A stretch of DNA of 64,000 bases, from NCBI GenBank assembly GCA_036679605.1, contig JAZDCZ010000091.1, positions 1 to 64,000 of the forward strand, given 5' to 3'. Source of the DNA: Gemmatimonadota bacterium (lineage in GTDB: Bacteria > Gemmatimonadota > Gemmatimonadetes > Gemmatimonadales > GWC2-71-9). Both the position numbers and the translations under genes were made by a program. Of the stretch, positions 36,062-46,769 are shown piece after piece (within the stretch, counting starts at the first letter, position 1; each line of letters begins with the position of its first letter). Below the pieces are notes generated by a model, which worked only from the letters and a program-made list of their open reading frames with translations, made no database searches and was not told the origin of the DNA.

Positions 36062-37279
36062 CTACTTGGCCTCTCGTAGTTCCATCGGCTCGGTCATCAC
36101 CTTGTAGAGAGTGGCACCGTCCACCTGTTGATAGCACGCCCTGAGGCATGAGAGGTCGGACCAGCCACCGCCGGCCGCTACGTCGCGATCGGGTAGGTGC
36201 TTTCTTTCGGTTACCCACTTACGGCGATACGGATGCCAGCAGCCGCCGTCCAGGTGTGGGACCTTCGCCAACTCTTCTGCTTTTTGAAGCCAGCGGGACG
36301 CCTTGTCCTTTGAGATCGGCCGCCGAGCATTACGTGGGGAAGGGAACAGGTACGCTGTCCCGAGGCCCGGCCGTACCGCTTTGATCCGGTCGATCACTGC
36401 ACGCATCCGCGGGCTCATCGGTGTCAGCCACTCTTTACCCTGCTTGTCGGTATCCTGGCGCCAGTGTAGCGACCCGTGCGGTCCTTCACTCAGTCGCACG
36501 TCGGCGTATTGCAGCGAAAGCACAGCCGAGATACGGCGACCGCTGTCGTTCACAAGGTCCAATATTTCACGCAAGTAGGACGCGACCTTGAACCGGCGAC
36601 CGTCCCGCCGTATCTCCATCGTCACCTCGTCGGCCTTCGCGATGACCGCCTCGTAGCGGTCCGCTGTCGCGAGCGGCCGCTTGGGGTTCTGCTCTCGCAT
36701 TATCGCGTAACCGCGCATCGGGTTCTCGCGCATGAGGTAGCGGCCCTCGTCGTCCTGCCAGGTTATCGCCCAGCGAATGACACCGCGGAGCCATTCCTGG
36801 TCGCCCCCGACAGTGCGCCCCCGCACTTTATGGCGCTTAGTTGCTGTGACCGGCCGCCCTTTGGCGTCGATCGCTCCGGCCAGGCGGTCACGGGCGAACC
36901 GCTCCCACTCGCCGCGCGTCAGCTTGTGCAGGTCCTTGCCGGATCTGAGCACGCGCTCCCACATCTCACGCCGTCGCCGGTCCTCGCCTTGGGTTCGTGT
37001 GGTCCGGGTCGGGCTGTGGTGCTCCAGGTAGGCATCGAACACGCGGGCTGCATTTGGTGTGGGGGTGCCGAGCGCCTCGATCCCGAGCGCGAGCTTCGCC
37101 TGGCGATCGCGCGCCCACGCCTTTGCTCGATCGCGGCTACGGTGATTGAGGCTGTACGGTTTCCGGCCCGTCTCACGGGCGTAGATCATGCCGTTCAGCT
37201 CCTCGTACACCGTCACCCGACAGCCGTAGGGGCCTGTCGAGTAACTCCACCGTTCTCCTCGTTTCTTCTTTCTAGCCAT
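36062..37279 (-). CDS. Tyrosine integrase
   Basis: SGRRISA (R), WHPYRR, GGW and ACY; adjacent to the tRNA. Confidence 0.9.
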   Translation of the reverse strand: MARKKKRGERWSYSTGPYGCRVTVYEELNGMIYARETGRKPYSLNHRSRDRAKAWARDRQAKLALGIEALGTPTPNAARVFDAYLEHHSPTRTTRTQGEDRRRREMWERVLRSGKDLHKLTRGEWERFARDRLAGAIDAKGRPVTATKRHKVRGRTVGGDQEWLRGVIRWAITWQDDEGRYLMRENPMRGYAIMREQNPKRPLATADRYEAVIAKADEVTMEIRRDGRRFKVASYLREILDLVNDSGRRISAVLSLQYADVRLSEGPHGSLHWRQDTDKQGKEWLTPMSPRMRAVIDRIKAVRPGLGTAYLFPSPRNARRPISKDKASRWLQKAEELAKVPHLDGGCWHPYRRKWVTERKHLPDRDVAAGGGWSDLSCLRACYQQVDGATLYKVMTEPMELREAK

Positions 37280-37292
37280 TGCGTACCTCCTG

Positions 37293-37508
37293 CTAACTGT
37301 CCCGCTCTGCGCTTCGCTCCAGGCGCTCGGCCAGTTTAACCAGTCGCTTGGCGTGCCTTCGAAAGGCCGTGGCAAGCCGCTTCCTCGCCGCCGGGTTCGG
37401 GCTGCGCCGTTCCAGCCGCCAGCTACGTGCGGTCTCATAGGACGCTCCCGCCCACTTCGCCAGCGTGCGAAGGTTCACCGTCGCTGTGTCTAGCACTTGT
37501 CGCATCAT
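37293..37508 (-). CDS. Small HTH protein
   Basis: LRTLAKWAGASYETARSW. Confidence 0.65.
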   Translation of the reverse strand: MMRQVLDTATVNLRTLAKWAGASYETARSWRLERRSPNPAARKRLATAFRRHAKRLVKLAERLERSAERDS

Positions 37509-37547
37509 CGCAGAGCCCTCGGTGTATGTACGCAATATACGGTACAG

Positions 37548-37862
37548 TTATGCTGTACGCAATGGGCGGTACACTGTGTGGCCCGGTTTGCGGGGCAGGT
37601 CACCCATCCGGACGCGGGTCGCCCCCGTCTGGGCTATGTCTCTTAACCTACCCTGCGCGATCAGGCGGCGGAGATGTTTCTCGCTGTAGCCGCTCACTTC
37701 GTGTGCCTCGCTCAACGTTAGTTCTTCTCCGTTGCGTTCGGCAAGACACGCGGCCAGCTCATCAGCGCATTTCTCCAGTGTGCCGGCCTGCGCGTCGGCA
37801 CCGAACTCCCGCAGTGAATCGGCCATCGAGTGCCAGCGGTCGAGCAGCTCGTCGGGCGTCAT
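37548..37862 (-). CDS. Excisionase-like HTH protein
   Basis: LTLSEAHEVSGYSEKHLRRLI. Confidence 0.7.
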   Translation of the reverse strand: MTPDELLDRWHSMADSLREFGADAQAGTLEKCADELAACLAERNGEELTLSEAHEVSGYSEKHLRRLIAQGRLRDIAQTGATRVRMGDLPRKPGHTVYRPLRTA

Positions 37863-39079
37863 TAGAACTCACGCATTCCGGCCCGCTCGTCTTGCTCGTG
37901 TTGCCGGTTCCCGTCACGCTCTGCCCATAGAGTGCCACGATCCACCATAGAGTGCCGTGCATTTGTTTGGCAGTCTATGAAGTTGTTTGGCACCCTATGG
38001 GTTTCGGGAAACTGGAGCCACCACCGGCCGCCCGGCCCGAAACCTTCTCGGAACGCACCACCGGCCCTTTGCGTAAGGCCAAGAGACTCCCTGGCCCGGC
38101 GATACGTGCGTTTCGAGATCCCCGCCGCCCGCACCTTCTTCCAGACCTCCTCCTCGGGTCTCTTACCGTCGGCCAGCGCGTCGTCTATCACGTCTTTGGC
38201 TTCTTCTATCTGGCTCCGCTCCTCAGCCGTTATCGCTGTGACCAGTTCGTCCGCCGAAACATCGACCGACCCCTTCCACTCAACGCGGCTGCTACCCTCG
38301 GGAGCGTCCGTGATCTGGTACGCTAAAGACACTGCTTTCGCGGCGACGTTGCACTTAATCACGGCCAGGACCCGGCGGCTTTCGTCGGTTGGGTCCTCGC
38401 TAGCCAACAGGACCACACGAGCGGCGGCCGTGAACGCGATCGACGCACCGCCCCGATATATCGCCTTGCCACCGCCTTGTTTATTGAGGTGTCGGATACA
38501 GAGAATAGTGCAGCGCGTCTCCTCAGCCAGCCGAGCCAGCTGCTTTAGGGCGCGGCGTATGTCGTGATCTCGGTACGTATCAAACTCACCGCCCAAATAG
38601 GCCGTGAATGGGTCTAGGACAAGCAGCCTGATGTCGTTCTCTACAATCACTGCTTGCAGGCGTTGCAGATCCTGCGGGACACTTACATCCCGTTCGTGGC
38701 CGTCTGACTCTTTGACTGTGAAAAGAAAGAACCGAGAGGGGTCGCCGTCCATCGCGTCGAAGCGGCGGCGGATTGTGTCTGCAATCCCGTCCTCGGCGGT
38801 CAAGTACGCCACAGTTCCTGGAAACCCCGAGGCATCGTCCGGCCACGTTCGACCTATGGTAAGTCGCGCACACCAGTCTAAACAGAGATGCGACTTTCCT
38901 GTGGAGGGATCGCCGTCCAGCCACACCAGCTTGCCGACCGGGAGCCGGCCGGGCCAAAGCCAAGTAACATCCTCGGGCTCGAATTCCGAGAGTCGGCGGG
39001 AAACGATACAACCATCACCATTCTTCTTCGGATCATCCATCGCAGCGATGACCCGTTGCAACTCAGCGCGATCTGTCAT
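37862..39079 (-). CDS. AAA_25/RepA-like helicase
   Basis: VTWLWPG, GDPSTGKS, LLVLDP and HLNK motifs. Confidence 0.88.
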   Translation of the reverse strand: MTDRAELQRVIAAMDDPKKNGDGCIVSRRLSEFEPEDVTWLWPGRLPVGKLVWLDGDPSTGKSHLCLDWCARLTIGRTWPDDASGFPGTVAYLTAEDGIADTIRRRFDAMDGDPSRFFLFTVKESDGHERDVSVPQDLQRLQAVIVENDIRLLVLDPFTAYLGGEFDTYRDHDIRRALKQLARLAEETRCTILCIRHLNKQGGGKAIYRGGASIAFTAAARVVLLASEDPTDESRRVLAVIKCNVAAKAVSLAYQITDAPEGSSRVEWKGSVDVSADELVTAITAEERSQIEEAKDVIDDALADGKRPEEEVWKKVRAAGISKRTYRRARESLGLTQRAGGAFREGFGPGGRWWLQFPETHRVPNNFIDCQTNARHSMVDRGTLWAERDGNRQHEQDERAGMREF

Positions 39080-39321
39080 GCAACCCCCTTCAGGGCGCTA
39101 CGTAGGATGTCGCGTGCCTCCCGTAGATACTGTTTCGCCGTTTCCGATAAGCCGTTCTGCTCCGCTTCGATCGCGTTCATTTCGGCGCAGGCTGCGCGCC
39201 ATAGGGCATCAAACCGATACCGCCGCTCGTCAGCGTAGCGTCTGCGCCAGGCAGCAAGAGCAGGGTATGACCTCAACTTCCGGCGGCCACCTGCCAATAG
39301 GGAGGCTTGCTCGATCGCCAT
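39076..39321 (-). CDS. Hypothetical protein
   Basis: Overlaps the helicase start; lies in the operon. Confidence 0.55.
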   Translation of the reverse strand: MAIEQASLLAGGRRKLRSYPALAAWRRRYADERRYRFDALWRAACAEMNAIEAEQNGLSETAKQYLREARDILRSALKGVA

Positions 39322-39336
39322 CGTGTTGCGCTGCAC

Positions 39337-39540
39337 TCAGCGCCTCAAGCCGGGTTCCAGTTTGACGTGCTCATGGCGAGCTGTAAGGCGCAGAACATCT
39401 TCACGTGCAACGTACCAGTGTCCGTCTAGGCGTTTGCCACACACATCGCCCACCAAGACTTTTCGGAGCAGCACACCGTACGACACCCGAGCTTCTGCCG
39501 CCCCGACGGTAAGAGGAATCCAGACTATTGCCTTTGACAT
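39337..39540 (-). CDS. Small putative DNA-binding protein
   Basis: Excisionase-like GHWYV motif; first gene of the leftward operon. Confidence 0.55.
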   Translation of the reverse strand: MSKAIVWIPLTVGAAEARVSYGVLLRKVLVGDVCGKRLDGHWYVAREDVLRLTARHEHVKLEPGLRR

Positions 39541-39617
39541 TTCTTTCTTTCTCTTGCGTTCCCGCAAATCTTAGTCGATGTTGCCTAAGTCATTAAAGTG
39601 GCCAAAGGAGATCTCCA

Positions 39618-40385
39618 GTGACTAACCGACGGGCTTCCGTAGCTGAGCGAGTGCGGGTAACGCAAGAATTCCGCTCGCTGGTCAAGCGGCTAAGAGATCA
39701 CTTTGGAAGTGCCAACCGGGCTGCAGTCGATTTTGCGCAGCACGCCCGGAAACAGGGTTGCTTCCTCGGTGTGATTGACCTTGCCGTATCGCAAGCGACA
39801 CTGTCGAGAATTGCACGCGGCGCTGTCCAGGAGGTTCAGTGGCAGACCTTCATGGCCCTGAAGGAGCATGGAAGGCGCTGCGGGATCGGAGAACGGGGCG
39901 AGTGGCAGGCCGCTGTGTACTCGCCAGCAGCACGAAGAGCATTCGACGATTATTACGAGTGGCTTAACGACGAGCGCTGGCGAATAGAACCAACGGGGAC
40001 GGACCTGAAGAAGCTGCGCCAACAGCTACGCGAGTGGGACGACGGCGATAAATCGGCGTGGAGACAAATCCTGGAGTTCCGAGAGTGGCTAGGGCGAACA
40101 CACCCTACACGAGGTGCGACCCGCATTAGACATCGTTTCGCGGAACTGCGTGCACTGGAACCTCTGCTACTAGGGGACCGGGCCGGTGGAATGGAATTGA
40201 CGGCGGAGGAACTGCAGGCGTCAGGCAAGCTGAACGCCTTCGTTAAGGCGGCACTGGAGCGGGAGCGGTTGATCTTGGAACGTGAGCGCGACGAGCGGCG
40301 GGCACAGACGCTAAACCCACACCCACCCGAGAGCTATGACATACCAACTTACAAAGCGACGAAGCGCAAGCGGCGGAGTATGTAG
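39618..40385 (+). CDS. Divergent putative repressor
   Basis: AAGGAG RBS; VSQATLSRIARG is HTH-like. Confidence 0.6.
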   Translation: MTNRRASVAERVRVTQEFRSLVKRLRDHFGSANRAAVDFAQHARKQGCFLGVIDLAVSQATLSRIARGAVQEVQWQTFMALKEHGRRCGIGERGEWQAAVYSPAARRAFDDYYEWLNDERWRIEPTGTDLKKLRQQLREWDDGDKSAWRQILEFREWLGRTHPTRGATRIRHRFAELRALEPLLLGDRAGGMELTAEELQASGKLNAFVKAALERERLILERERDERRAQTLNPHPPESYDIPTYKATKRKRRSM

Positions 40386-40501
40386 GTCATTGGTGAAACT
40401 GCATTCCTGACCTAGCTCCCACGCCCAATCTCGGGACAGCCTCCTACTTTCGTACGCCGAGGGGCGAGATCGGTCTTCAAGTAGGAGAATGTTGTTGTGA
40501 G

Positions 40502-41152
40502 CTACGGCTCGGTTTCCTCTTGGCAAGACGCTCCGGCTAAACACAAGAATCTCGCTGCGTTGCCGTCCTGATCGGGCGCGTTCCATGTGACGCGAGTTGG
40601 GGCGCTCGAACCAAGCAGGGTGACTGTCCAGGTCAAAGCACCTGCTTGCTGCCACTGCTGGCCGCCTGAGAAGATGAGGTTACCGAACCCCGGACCCTCG
40701 GCGAATGCGGTCACGCTGGACTGGTCAATACTGGCACCGCCTCGCAGATCGCCGATTGTGACCACCATGATCTCGGACGACGTGGCGAACCATGAAAGGG
40801 CTTGCACCCACGGTGCAAGCCGCCGCAGTTGAACATCCAACGTTTGGTTGCTGCTTAACTGAACGGACCTCGTGTACAGTTCATATCCGACGGGACCTAC
40901 AGTGAGCGTGACGGTGCCCTCGTCGAGCGTCACCGCGTAGCGGCCAAGCGCATCAGTCGTATCGCTCTTGCTGCCAACGGACACCACGACGCCAGCGAGA
41001 ACCTTGCCGAGCACGGAATCTTCTACCACGCCGCTGATAGTGTATTGCTGAGGGCTTGTTGGTTCGCTACTGCCGCCGGGGTCGGTAGCGCCGTCGCCAC
41101 ACGCGGAGATGATAAGCATTACGGATAGGACGGGCAGGCGTCGCGCAGACAT
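40502..41152 (-). CDS. Lipoprotein with a carboxypeptidase-regulatory-like domain
   Basis: ISAC lipobox; ISGVVED..TDALGRY. Confidence 0.75.
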   Translation of the reverse strand: MSARRLPVLSVMLIISACGDGATDPGGSSEPTSPQQYTISGVVEDSVLGKVLAGVVVSVGSKSDTTDALGRYAVTLDEGTVTLTVGPVGYELYTRSVQLSSNQTLDVQLRRLAPWVQALSWFATSSEIMVVTIGDLRGGASIDQSSVTAFAEGPGFGNLIFSGGQQWQQAGALTWTVTLLGSSAPTRVTWNAPDQDGNAARFLCLAGASCQEETEP

Positions 41153-41258
41153 GGTTAGCTCTCTTCGGAGATTGTAACGGTTGATCGTGCGGAGCCTCTC
41201 CCACGACGCATCAGTTGCGAGCGTCGAACTCGGCGGCTCGCAGCCTTTCGAGTCGGGT

Positions 41259-41672
41259 TCATCGCCTAGGGTACGCCTTCTTCGTGACAGCCTGACCCGC
41301 AACTTCTACAGAGGTGTCGAGAAACGTGACTACGATTGCGTCTCTAGGGCACCCGTTCCGGCACATGCTGGCGTTGACGGTGAACGCTATCGCTATCTCC
41401 TGCCCAACCCGCGCATCGGGATAGACGAATAATGTATCTGAGATCCCAATCTTGCGGATACGTAACGTTCCGACACCCCACGTCTCTAGCTCCTTCATTG
41501 CTGGCTTGAGCCAAAAGGAGCCATGTCCCCTCACCCAAATCTCGGCGCGTGCTGCGAGAGGGCGGGAACTTGTTTCGTCCAGAACGACGACTCGCACGGC
41601 TTGTGCGGCGGCGACCCGAACAGACACAAGAATCAGGATGACGAACGTGAGCAGTGTCTTCGATTTCAGCAT
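41259..41672 (-). CDS. Secreted hypothetical protein
   Basis: Signal peptide ending AAA. Confidence 0.6.
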   Translation of the reverse strand: MLKSKTLLTFVILILVSVRVAAAQAVRVVVLDETSSRPLAARAEIWVRGHGSFWLKPAMKELETWGVGTLRIRKIGISDTLFVYPDARVGQEIAIAFTVNASMCRNGCPRDAIVVTFLDTSVEVAGQAVTKKAYPRR

Positions 41673-41767
41673 GAGACCTTCCGGGCCATATGTTTGAATA
41701 ACCGCCCACAAGTATCACACTCATAGTGTGTAGACGCCAGGGCCGGTGAAGCTTTCCTTCCCGTTCT

Positions 41768-42013
41768 ATGGGCACGCGCTTATGGCTGCGGATTCTCGGG
41801 AGCAACGTCCGCCGGTTGCGGACAAGGAAGGGACTATCGCAGGAGGCTCTCGCCAGCCGATCCAAGTCTCACCGGAATTACATTGGGGGCGTCGAGCGAG
41901 GGGAGAGAAATCTCACCGCCAGCAAGATCGTCGCGATTGCTCTCGCGCTCGACTGCACCGTTGCGCAACTCTTCCGAGGGCTGAACCCGAACGATCTCCG
42001 CCGCGATGCCTGA
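41768..42013 (+). CDS. XRE HTH regulator
   Basis: GLSQEALA..HRNYIGGVERGERN. Confidence 0.88.
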   Translation: MGTRLWLRILGSNVRRLRTRKGLSQEALASRSKSHRNYIGGVERGERNLTASKIVAIALALDCTVAQLFRGLNPNDLRRDA

Positions 42014-42165
42014 AATTCTACTGAACGGAGTGCCTGTCGCACCGCCGATCAACAGGCGCTCGTCCGTACGGATACCGTCGTCCAGGTGGCGTCTTGGATG
42101 GCTCAGTCTGAAGCTCAGCTGAAGCTCAGCTAATGGCTCAGTAATGACGGGAATGGATAAGATTT

Positions 42166-42507
42166 CTAAAGAGAACGATTGTATCCGGCGGGCTCAGTGG
42201 TGCCAAGCACCTCCGCGTAGAACCTCATTGGATCTTCTTTGCACCGTGATTGATAACTGCGAATCCACACCTGGACGGCCCGCACGGACGCGCTTCCCTG
42301 ATTGGCTGTGAGCAGTCCGCTGGCGATCCAGACATTGAGCTTGTCCAGCCGCCGCATGGCATCGTCGATGGTTGCCAGCGGTCCTAGCTCCGTCTCAACG
42401 CGGGCCAGCGTCAAACGACCCTTGCCAGCCGCCTCGGCCCTGTGCGCCTGCTCAGGCGTCAGCACGCCAACCCCCTGCGACGCACGCCCCACGCACCACT
42501 TTCGCAC
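42166..42507 (-). CDS. Hypothetical protein
   Basis: Protein-like helical ORF; start uncertain. Confidence 0.5.
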   Translation of the reverse strand: MRKWCVGRASQGVGVLTPEQAHRAEAAGKGRLTLARVETELGPLATIDDAMRRLDKLNVWIASGLLTANQGSASVRAVQVWIRSYQSRCKEDPMRFYAEVLGTTEPAGYNRSL

Positions 42508-42830
42508 CAGGATGCACCGAGATATTGACTGAGCCGACGGACGGCGGCAACTGTAACCGTTGACTGCATAACACCTTGTCTATCCTGACGGCTCCTGCTC
42601 AAGTAGCAGACGCCAACACAAACCACATGCGCGCGGAGCAGGGCAGGGAGGGAAAACATTTTCGGGGGCCTCAGTGAAAATCTCAGTGAACAATCACTGC
42701 GCAGCATGCGGAAGTGCTTTTGGGGTGATCTGTGGGAAAGGTTGTGAGCGTCGGCGCAAGTTGAGCCAGCACCAAGAGATAACCGCTCAACCTGTACCCC
42801 TACTGCGTCTAGCTTGCTACCTGTAAGCGC

Positions 42831-42876
42831 GCTTTGGGAGCAGGAAGTCGTCGGTTCAAATCCGGCCGCCCCGACT
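42831..42876 (+). repeat. attR: 3' 46 bp of tRNA-Pro
   Basis: Identical to 35924-35969. Confidence 0.95.
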
Positions 42877-43355
42877 GCACGAACGCGGATTTTGCCGCGT
42901 TCGATTTCGGCGGTACGCCCGTTCTTGTCGCCGCCACTCGCCTTTCGGCTCGTGGCATTACCGTTCCAAATCCGGCCGCCCCGACTCTGTAAGACTAATC
43001 CCAGGTGATGGTTACAACGGCCTGGGTTTTTTCGTTATGGGGAGTGGGGTGAACACCTTCTGGGGGGGGGTCTCGCAGGATGTGCAGGTACGGTCAGGTG
43101 CGGTCATGACCTAGCGAATATGCAGCCAGGCTCCGTGGCGTCAAACGCTCAGAACTGTCTCGCGCCATTTAAGGTAGGTGCTGGCCACCCGAGCTTCGGC
43201 ACTGCATCTTAGCTCCATGACCGAGATCACGTCCAAGCTCTCGACTGCCCTCGCGGATCGCCCGGATCGAACGCCACGAGGAAGGGGAAGAAAGCAAGTT
43301 CCGCTGACGATGCTCAGCTTCACCCAAGACTGTTGAGAGTTCTGAATAGCTGTTC

Positions 43356-43787
43356 TTGATGAATTCATTTTATTTCAAAACATTCGCCCGCCTCGCCTTG
43401 CTGCCTTATATAGGCGGTACCGTGATTCATATCCTCCGCCTTATTTACAACCTGCCAATCGATGAAATTCCGTTTGAGGCTGACTGGCTGGTGGTGATAG
43501 TCGGAGGCTATGCTGGTTTAGGACTGATTATTTACGCCAATAGAATACCGTTCCAGAATTTATTCGATAAGATTATTTATGGGTTGCTGATCTTTCATCT
43601 CGATGGCTCGGTAATCCTACACGCATATATATTATGGGTAGGAAGCCATGAGGTCCTTAACGTCTTTTCCTACGGGTACAGTTTTTTTGCTGTGGCGTAT
43701 TTCATGGGATTTGGTTTTTACGTACTTAGCCTGAATAAACGCTTGTATCGCAAACAGTGCGATCTGATAAATGATCAAATTCACTAA
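43356..43787 (+). CDS. AT-rich four-TM membrane protein
   Basis: Hydrophobic; visibly lower GC than its flanks. Confidence 0.75.
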   Translation: MMNSFYFKTFARLALLPYIGGTVIHILRLIYNLPIDEIPFEADWLVVIVGGYAGLGLIIYANRIPFQNLFDKIIYGLLIFHLDGSVILHAYILWVGSHEVLNVFSYGYSFFAVAYFMGFGFYVLSLNKRLYRKQCDLINDQIH

Positions 43788-44045
43788 CGTGAATGTTTTA
43801 CAGAGCCTTAACCTCAAAAAGACCGTTCGCTGAAGTGCGTAAGCGAGCGTCCCAGCGGGCAGTCGGGGCTTTCGCTTTCTCGCCGCAACTGCATAGTTGC
43901 ATAGGTTGATGTCTGTCTCGTTAGCGAGAGCAACACACTCACATTCTCTGGCTATCGGGCGTTGAAGGACCTCAGCAACCTATGCAACTCGGTACGTATG
44001 AGCTGGGAGCTGGCCACTTGAGCTTCGGCACTGCATCTTAGCCCC

Positions 44046-46724
44046 ATGACCGAGATCACGTCCAAGCTCTCGACCGCCCTCGCTGACCGCTACAAGATCG
44101 AACGCCACTTGGGCGAAGGTGGCATGGCGACCGTCTATCTGGCCGAGGACTTGAAGCACAAGCGGAAGGTGGCGGTCAAGGTACTGCGCCCCGAACTCGC
44201 AGCGGTGCTTGGAGCCGAGCGTTTCGTGCAGGAGATCACGACCACTGCCAATCTTCAGCATCCGCACATCCTGCCATTGTTCGATTCTGGCGAGGCCGAC
44301 GGCTTTCTCTACTACGTCATGCCCTACATCGAAGGGGAGACGCTGCGCGACAAGCTGAACCGTGAATCGCAACTGAGTATCGACGAGGCGGTGAAGATCA
44401 CGACCGAGGTGGCCGATGCACTCGACTACGCACACCGCGCCAGCGTGATCCATCGAGACATCAAGCCGGAGAACATCCTGCTGCACGATGGGCGGGCGAT
44501 GGTAGCGGACTTTGGGATCGCGTTGGCGGTGAGTGCCGCCGCAGGTGGCCGGATGACCGAGACGGGACTGAGTCTTGGAACGCCGCACTATATGTCTCCT
44601 GAACAGGCGACGGCAGAGAAAGACCTGACGAATCGTTCCGACATCTATTCGTTGGGAACCGTGCTATACGAGTTACTCGCTGGTGCGCCACCACATCTTG
44701 GTGGTTCAGCGCAGCAGATCATCATGAAGATCGTGACCGACGAGGCACGACCGATCACGGAGCTACGGAAGTCGGTGCCACCCCATGTTGCGGCCGCGAC
44801 GGCCAAGTCGTTGGAGAAGTTGGCGGCGGATCGGTTCGAGAGTGCGGCCAAGTTTGCGGAAGCATTGATGAACCCGGCGTTCACGTTGCCGACGACACAG
44901 GCGGCGACGGTGGCAGGTGCACCAGCGAGCGAGCCGTGGACTCGTTTGAGTGTTCTTGGATGGAGCGTCGCAGCGGTTGCAATCATCGTTGCTCTGTGGG
45001 GTTGGCTGCGGCCCCAACCGGAAGTACCGAAGCGTGTCTTGCGCTACAGCATTGCTCTGCCCGAAGGCGAGGCACTTGTCAGCAGGTTCGCGAGGCTAGC
45101 GATCTCACCCAATGGGTCGCGGCTGGTTTACATCGGCGAGAGCGACGGAGCCCGTCGCTTGTGGGTGAGACCACGGGACCAGCTACATGCGACTCCGTTA
45201 GCGGGAACGGAAGGGGCGGATGCACCGTTCCTCTCGCCGGACGGCGACAGAGTGGGATTCTTCATAGGGAGGAGCATCCTGAGGGTCGCCTCGCTTCGCG
45301 GTGGTCCTCCCGTGACGGTGACTGACTCTCTCGTGGGAGTCGCGGGTGCCTCGTGGGGGCCAGATGGTTTCCTGTACTCCGACGGGAGCGGGTTCGTTCC
45401 GCTCGTTCGAGTGGCGGCGACCGGAGGCGTGCCGCAGTGGTTCACAACACTCGACAGTGCACAGGGCGAGATCGATCACGTATGGCCCGACGCCCTACCC
45501 AACGGTAAGGGCGTGATATTCACTGTACGCCATGGTCTGAACAGCGAATTGGCCGACATTGCCGTGGCAGAGGTAGCCACGGGCACCCACAAGATACTCG
45601 TGCGCGGCGTCTATGCCCGCTACGCGGCGTCGGGGCACCTCGTGTATGTGACAGCGGACGGAACACTGATGGGCCAACCGTTTGATCAGGATGCGTTGGA
45701 GCTCAGAGGTGAAGCGACGGCCTTGCTTGACGGGGTGGCCCTAAGGAGCACCGGTGGGACGCTCGTTGCGCCCGATCTCACGGTGTCGGTGACGGGAACG
45801 TTGATGTACTCGACCGGAGCCGGGGTAAGAGATTCCGCCGCTGTAGTGTGGGTGACGCGGGACGGGACGGCTGAGGAGGTCGATCCGGGCTGGATTGACA
45901 GATTCCAAGAACTCGCTCTCTCTCGGGATGGCGCCCAATTGGCGGTCAGCATCGCCACAAGCGAGGAATCACAGATTTGGATCAAGCAACTGAATCGCGG
46001 GCCGCTGTCCAAGCTCACTTTCGACGGCGTTGTGAACATTCGGCCCTCGTGGACTCCGGATGGAAGGTCAGTGGCGTTTGTATCGGGTCGCTTTTCCGCT
46101 CGTGATCTCTTTGTGAGGCGGGCGGACGGAACGGCGTTGGCCGAAGTGCTGCGGGACGAGGAGCGGCAACTGCAGGAGGTACGGTACTCTGACGATGGGG
46201 AGTGGATGGTGTATCGGATTGGGGCCGGACCGACCAGCGACCTCCATGCGCTCCGAGTGGGCGTGGACAGCGCCTTGGTAGAACTCGTCGCAACTGAGCA
46301 CCAAGAAACCGAACCGGCACTCTCACCCGATAGCCGATGGTTGGCGTACGTCTCCGACGAGACGGGACGATCAGAGATTTACGTGCGTCCCTTCCCGAAT
46401 GCGGCAGAGGGAAAGTGGCAGGTCTCGACGGACGGAGGCACCGAGCCAGCGTGGGCGCACAGTGGGCGGGAGTTGTTCTATCGAAACGGTCGCGACGAGT
46501 TAGTACGGGTGGAGGTGTTGAGAGGTGCGACGTTCGTCACCGGGGACCAGCAGGTGCTTTTCTCGGCACGAGAGTATCTCAGTAGTTTGTTCTACCGAAT
46601 GTACGACGTGACACCTGACGATCAGCGGTTCGTAATGTTGCGGAACCTCGGTGGGGAGGATGCAGGCGAGTTGATCGTGGTCGAGAACTTCTTCGAGGAG
46701 TTGAAGGCGAAGGTGGGGAATTGA
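44046..46724 (+). CDS. Hanks-type Ser/Thr kinase with a TM helix and TolB-like beta-propeller
   Basis: GEGGMATVY, HRDIKPEN, DFG and GTPHYMSPE; PD40-like repeats. Confidence 0.95.
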   Translation: MTEITSKLSTALADRYKIERHLGEGGMATVYLAEDLKHKRKVAVKVLRPELAAVLGAERFVQEITTTANLQHPHILPLFDSGEADGFLYYVMPYIEGETLRDKLNRESQLSIDEAVKITTEVADALDYAHRASVIHRDIKPENILLHDGRAMVADFGIALAVSAAAGGRMTETGLSLGTPHYMSPEQATAEKDLTNRSDIYSLGTVLYELLAGAPPHLGGSAQQIIMKIVTDEARPITELRKSVPPHVAAATAKSLEKLAADRFESAAKFAEALMNPAFTLPTTQAATVAGAPASEPWTRLSVLGWSVAAVAIIVALWGWLRPQPEVPKRVLRYSIALPEGEALVSRFARLAISPNGSRLVYIGESDGARRLWVRPRDQLHATPLAGTEGADAPFLSPDGDRVGFFIGRSILRVASLRGGPPVTVTDSLVGVAGASWGPDGFLYSDGSGFVPLVRVAATGGVPQWFTTLDSAQGEIDHVWPDALPNGKGVIFTVRHGLNSELADIAVAEVATGTHKILVRGVYARYAASGHLVYVTADGTLMGQPFDQDALELRGEATALLDGVALRSTGGTLVAPDLTVSVTGTLMYSTGAGVRDSAAVVWVTRDGTAEEVDPGWIDRFQELALSRDGAQLAVSIATSEESQIWIKQLNRGPLSKLTFDGVVNIRPSWTPDGRSVAFVSGRFSARDLFVRRADGTALAEVLRDEERQLQEVRYSDDGEWMVYRIGAGPTSDLHALRVGVDSALVELVATEHQETEPALSPDSRWLAYVSDETGRSEIYVRPFPNAAEGKWQVSTDGGTEPAWAHSGRELFYRNGRDELVRVEVLRGATFVTGDQQVLFSAREYLSSLFYRMYDVTPDDQRFVMLRNLGGEDAGELIVVENFFEELKAKVGN

Positions 46725-46769
46725 CCGAGATCACGTCCAAGCTCTCGACCGCGCTCGCTGACCGCTACA

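Larger units (their letters stand above)
35924..42876. mobile_element. About 6.9-kb integrative element (phage-satellite-like) in tRNA-Pro
   Basis: 46-bp direct repeats at 35924-35969 and 42831-42876; integrase, HTH proteins and AAA helicase; no capsid or conjugation genes seen. Confidence 0.9.

Noticed and set aside
37542..37558. GTACAGTTATGCTGTAC matches the yefM operator region (15188-15204) at 16/17
   Set aside because: It is a short palindromic match in unrelated contexts, so convergence or chance cannot be excluded.
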